This document shows, one piece after another, positions 63,861 to 64,000 of a stretch of 64,000 bases of DNA. The DNA comes from a virus (lineage: Duplodnaviria > Caudoviricetes), in IMG/VR virus record IMGVR_UViG_2595698868_000001, positions 128,001 through 192,000 of that record. One strand, written 5' to 3'. The stretch's first letter is position 1. Each line of letters begins with the position of its first letter. The notes under the pieces were generated by a model. The model was not told where the DNA came from. It made no database searches and saw nothing but the letters and a program-made list of their open reading frames with translations. The translations under genes were made by a program, and so were the position numbers.

Positions 63861-64000
63861 ATGAAAATTGTGTCTCAGCCCAACGTCGACAGCGAGGGCC
63901 GTCGTCCCGATCCGGTCGACATCCATGTGGGCAAGCGCATCCGCATGCGTCGCAAGACTCTCGGCGTCAGCCAGGAACAACTCGCCAGCGCGCTGGGTCT
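63861..64000 (+). CDS. XRE-family HTH regulator (partial, runs off window)
   Basis: RBS GAGGAG; PDPVDIHVGKRIRMRRKTLGVSQEQLASALG. Confidence 0.85.
   Translation, partial: MKIVSQPNVDSEGRRPDPVDIHVGKRIRMRRKTLGVSQEQLASALG

Overview
High-GC (~63% by eye) lytic-phage DNA with dense, codon-biased ORFs. The gene content (T5 A1 homolog, rIIA/rIIB, prim-pol/helicase, DNA ligase, SNF2 helicase, tyrosine recombinase, an alphaproteobacterial two-piece tmRNA, an HfaB/CsgG-like gene) best fits a large Caulobacter-type (phiCbK-like) phage; this is an inference, not a database match. Most genes in 1-47.3 kb are on the minus strand, except + islands at ~17.9-23.4 kb and 24.0-25.6 kb; genes from 47.6 kb onward are on the plus strand. 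A recurring GAGTTGACAGCCG promoter motif punctuates the window. Highlights: (i) a 2.4-kb non-coding RNA island (3.42-5.82 kb) with a permuted tmRNA, three tRNAs (two with non-canonical long variable arms), tRNA-like mini-RNAs and six copies of an unidentified covarying three-stem RNA motif; (ii) a three-gene holdfast-anchor/curli-like secretion module preceded by a CtrA-like box; (iii) NAD+ salvage (Nampt + NadM-Nudix), RNA repair (Rnl, RtcB) and Ter/TelA stress clusters. All assignments come from manual motif recognition; no searches were run.
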